Below the pieces are notes generated by a model. The model had not been told where the DNA came from and did not search any database. It saw nothing but the letters and a program-made list of their open reading frames with translations. The translations under genes were made by a program, and so were the position numbers. A stretch of DNA of 64,000 nucleotides, from assembly GCA_030390025.1 (NCBI GenBank), contig CM059431.1:119290001-119354000 (forward strand), written 5' to 3'. Origin of the DNA: Squalus acanthias (lineage: Eukaryota). Below are positions 61,655 through 64,000 of this stretch, piece after piece (the stretch's first letter is position 1; each line of letters begins with the position of its first letter).

Positions 61655-62840
61655 TACATAGGATTACATAGGATATACGGCATAGAAACAGGCCATTCGG
61701 CCCAACCACTCCATGCCGGCATTTATGCTCCACATGAGCCTCCTCCCGTCTTTCGTCATCTAAATCTATCAGCATAACCCTCTATTCCCTTTTCTCTCAC
61801 ATGCTTGGCTAGCCTCCCCTTAAATGCATCTATACTATTCACTTCAACCACTCCCTGTGGTAGCGAGTTCCACATTCTCACCACTCTTTGGGTAAAGAAG
61901 TTTCTTCTAAATTCCCTATTGGCTTTCTTGGTGACTATCTTAAATTGATGGCCTCTAGTTATGCTTTCCCCACAAGTGGAAACATTCTCTCTGTATCCAC
62001 TTTATCAAAATTTTTCATAATTTTAAAGACCTCTATTAGGTCACCCCTCAGCCTTCTTTTTTCAAGAGAAAAGAGACCCAGTCTGTTCATCTTTTCCTGA
62101 TATGTATATCCTCGCATTTCTGGTATCATCCTTGTAAATCTTCTCTCCACCCTCTCCAGTGTCTCTATATCCTTTTTATAATATGGCGACCAGAACGGTA
62201 TGCAGTACTTCAAGTGTGGTCTAACCAAGGTTCGATACAGGTTTAGCATAACTTCCCTACTTTTCAATTCTATCCCTCTAGAAATCAACCTGAGTACTTG
62301 GTTTGCTTTTTTATGGCCTTGCTAACCTGTGTTGCAACTTTTAGTGATTTGTGTATTTGGACTCCGAGATCCCTTTGTTCCTCTACCCCACCTAGACTCG
62401 CTCCCTCCAAGTGATAAGTGACCTCCCTATTCTTCCTACCAAAATGTAATACCTCACATTTATCTGTGTTGAACTTCATTTGCCAATTATATGCCCATTC
62501 TGCAAGTTTATTAATGTCCTCCTGTAACTTGTTGCAGTCCTCCTCAGTATTGACTATCCCCCCCAATTTGGTGTCATCCGCAAATTTAGAAATTGTGTTT
62601 ATGATTCCTAAATCTAAATCGTTAATGTAAATTGTGAACAGCAGTTGTCCCAGCACTGATCCTTGTGGAACACCACTACCCACCTTCTGCCACAGTGAAT
62701 AGCTACCCTTTACTCTGACTCTCTGCTTTCTGTCCTGAACCCAGCCAGCAATCCATTCTGCTACTTGTCCCCTGACTCCGCATTATCTGACCTTGTTCAT
62801 CAGTCTATTATGGGGTACCTCATTGAAGGCCTTTTGAAAA
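61655..62840 (-). mobile_element. CR1 3' part
   Basis: [30 protein letters not shown] on the minus strand; tail (tacatagga)n. Confidence 0.9.
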
Positions 62841-62847
62841 GACACAG

Positions 62848-63167
62848 TATCACAGAATCACAGAATCCTCACAGTGCAGATAGAGGCCATTTCGGCCCAT
62901 CGAGCCTGCACCGACACATATCCCACCCTATCCCTGTAACCCCACGTATTTAATCCCGCTAACACTAAGGGTCAATTTATCATAGCCAAATCAACCTAAC
63001 CCACACATCTTTGGACTGTGGGAGGAAACCGGAGCACCCGGAGGAAACCCACGCAGACATGGGGAGAATGTGCAAACTCCACACAGACAGTCACCCTAGG
63101 CCGGATTTGAACCCGGGTCCCTGGCGCTGTGAGGTAACAGTGCTAACCACTATGCCACCGTGTTGCC
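62848..63167 (-). mobile_element. V-SINE (HE1-like, cartilaginous fish)
   Basis: Minus-strand tRNA head and the V-domain gtctgtgtggagtttgcacattctcccc...ggtttcctccgggtgctccggtttcctcccaca, with a CR1-like tail. Confidence 0.85.
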
Positions 63168-64000
63168 CACAAAGCACTGAAGATATGGTCAGAATGCAGC
63201 ACTATACAGTTTGGTAGTGCCTTCCTGTCACTTGTATTCTACTGCTCTGGCCCTATAATTTAGCCTTCTATTAACTTTATTGGTTGCTGCTGTGCATTGA
63301 TTGAACTTTTTGCGCATCAAGTTTACTAAGGCTCCTAAGTATCTCAACATCATTGCTGGCTATTTCAACATGTAGATCATGAACTGGAAATCCAGCAGAT
63401 TGGTGGTTTCATGGCATGGTTGTACATTCGCCCACCCATATCAACCCACCAGAAACCCACAGCATTTTCCTGGAGACAGCTTCCTTCCAGAGGGGATCGA
63501 TTACCGTTCTGAAAATGGCCATTTCCTCCCATTTTTGTTCAGCCTTTCCTAGGCCTCGGTATCTGCCATCAAAGCAGCATGGCGCTGCCTCAAATTTCCC
63601 GCTGGCAGTTGGGGTGGGACCTCGGATATACCTTTCCAAGTGTGGCCCGCCAGCCTCAATGGTGATAATCACCCTGTCCCCACGATTTAGGTTGGGGGGT
63701 CTGTGTCACTGACCATGAGTAGGCCGAAGTCTTGCGTCTGTCAGTGGAGCAAGTACTTAAAAAAAAAAAATCCTTTCAGTAAGTGGAGACCGCCCATTGA
63801 TGTTAAGTTCCTGTATGATATTATCCTGGCGACCAAGCTGGTTAAAGCAGTGAGTAACTGAGCTACCTTCACACCAGAGGCAGGTGCCATCAGGGTCATG
63901 CAACCCATGCAATTAGATGGGTCCCAGAGCAGATGGATTATCTGTAACCGGCTGCCGCTGGCATCATTGGTTCATCCAGGCAGACTGAGATCTCAGTCTA

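Noticed and set aside
63409..63712. Overlapping 87- and 98-aa ORFs near the window end
   Set aside because: No recognisable motifs or gene structure.

Overview
This is repeat-dense vertebrate genomic DNA, most likely from a cartilaginous fish. That is inferred from an HE1-like V-SINE, a SacSINE1/DeuSINE-like SINE and CR1 LINEs with (TTCTATG)n-type tails. I could not identify any host gene. The background is many CR1 and L2-group LINE fragments, three decayed PIF/Harbinger elements with convergent transposase and Myb/SANT genes, several MITEs, an internally deleted CsRn1-like Gypsy element (19260-22378) and two minisatellites. The standout is a complete 9.16-kb minus-strand LTR element at 33110-42270. 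It has ~1.65-kb LTRs, a 4-bp GTAT target-site duplication (TSD), a tRNA-Arg primer-binding site (PBS) and a polypurine tract (PPT), but no pol. It encodes three products: (i) a Gag with coiled coil, overlapping PSAP/PPxY late domain and a degenerate zinc knuckle; (ii) an in-frame ORF behind a UGA-C stop, in the usual pol position, that is a diverged truncated second copy of Gag; (iii) an env with its own splice acceptor, made of an N-terminal immunoglobulin domain joined to an F-like class I fusion protein. An older solo LTR of the same family lies 1.6 kb away (43888-45539). Family names come from motif recognition only; no searches were run.
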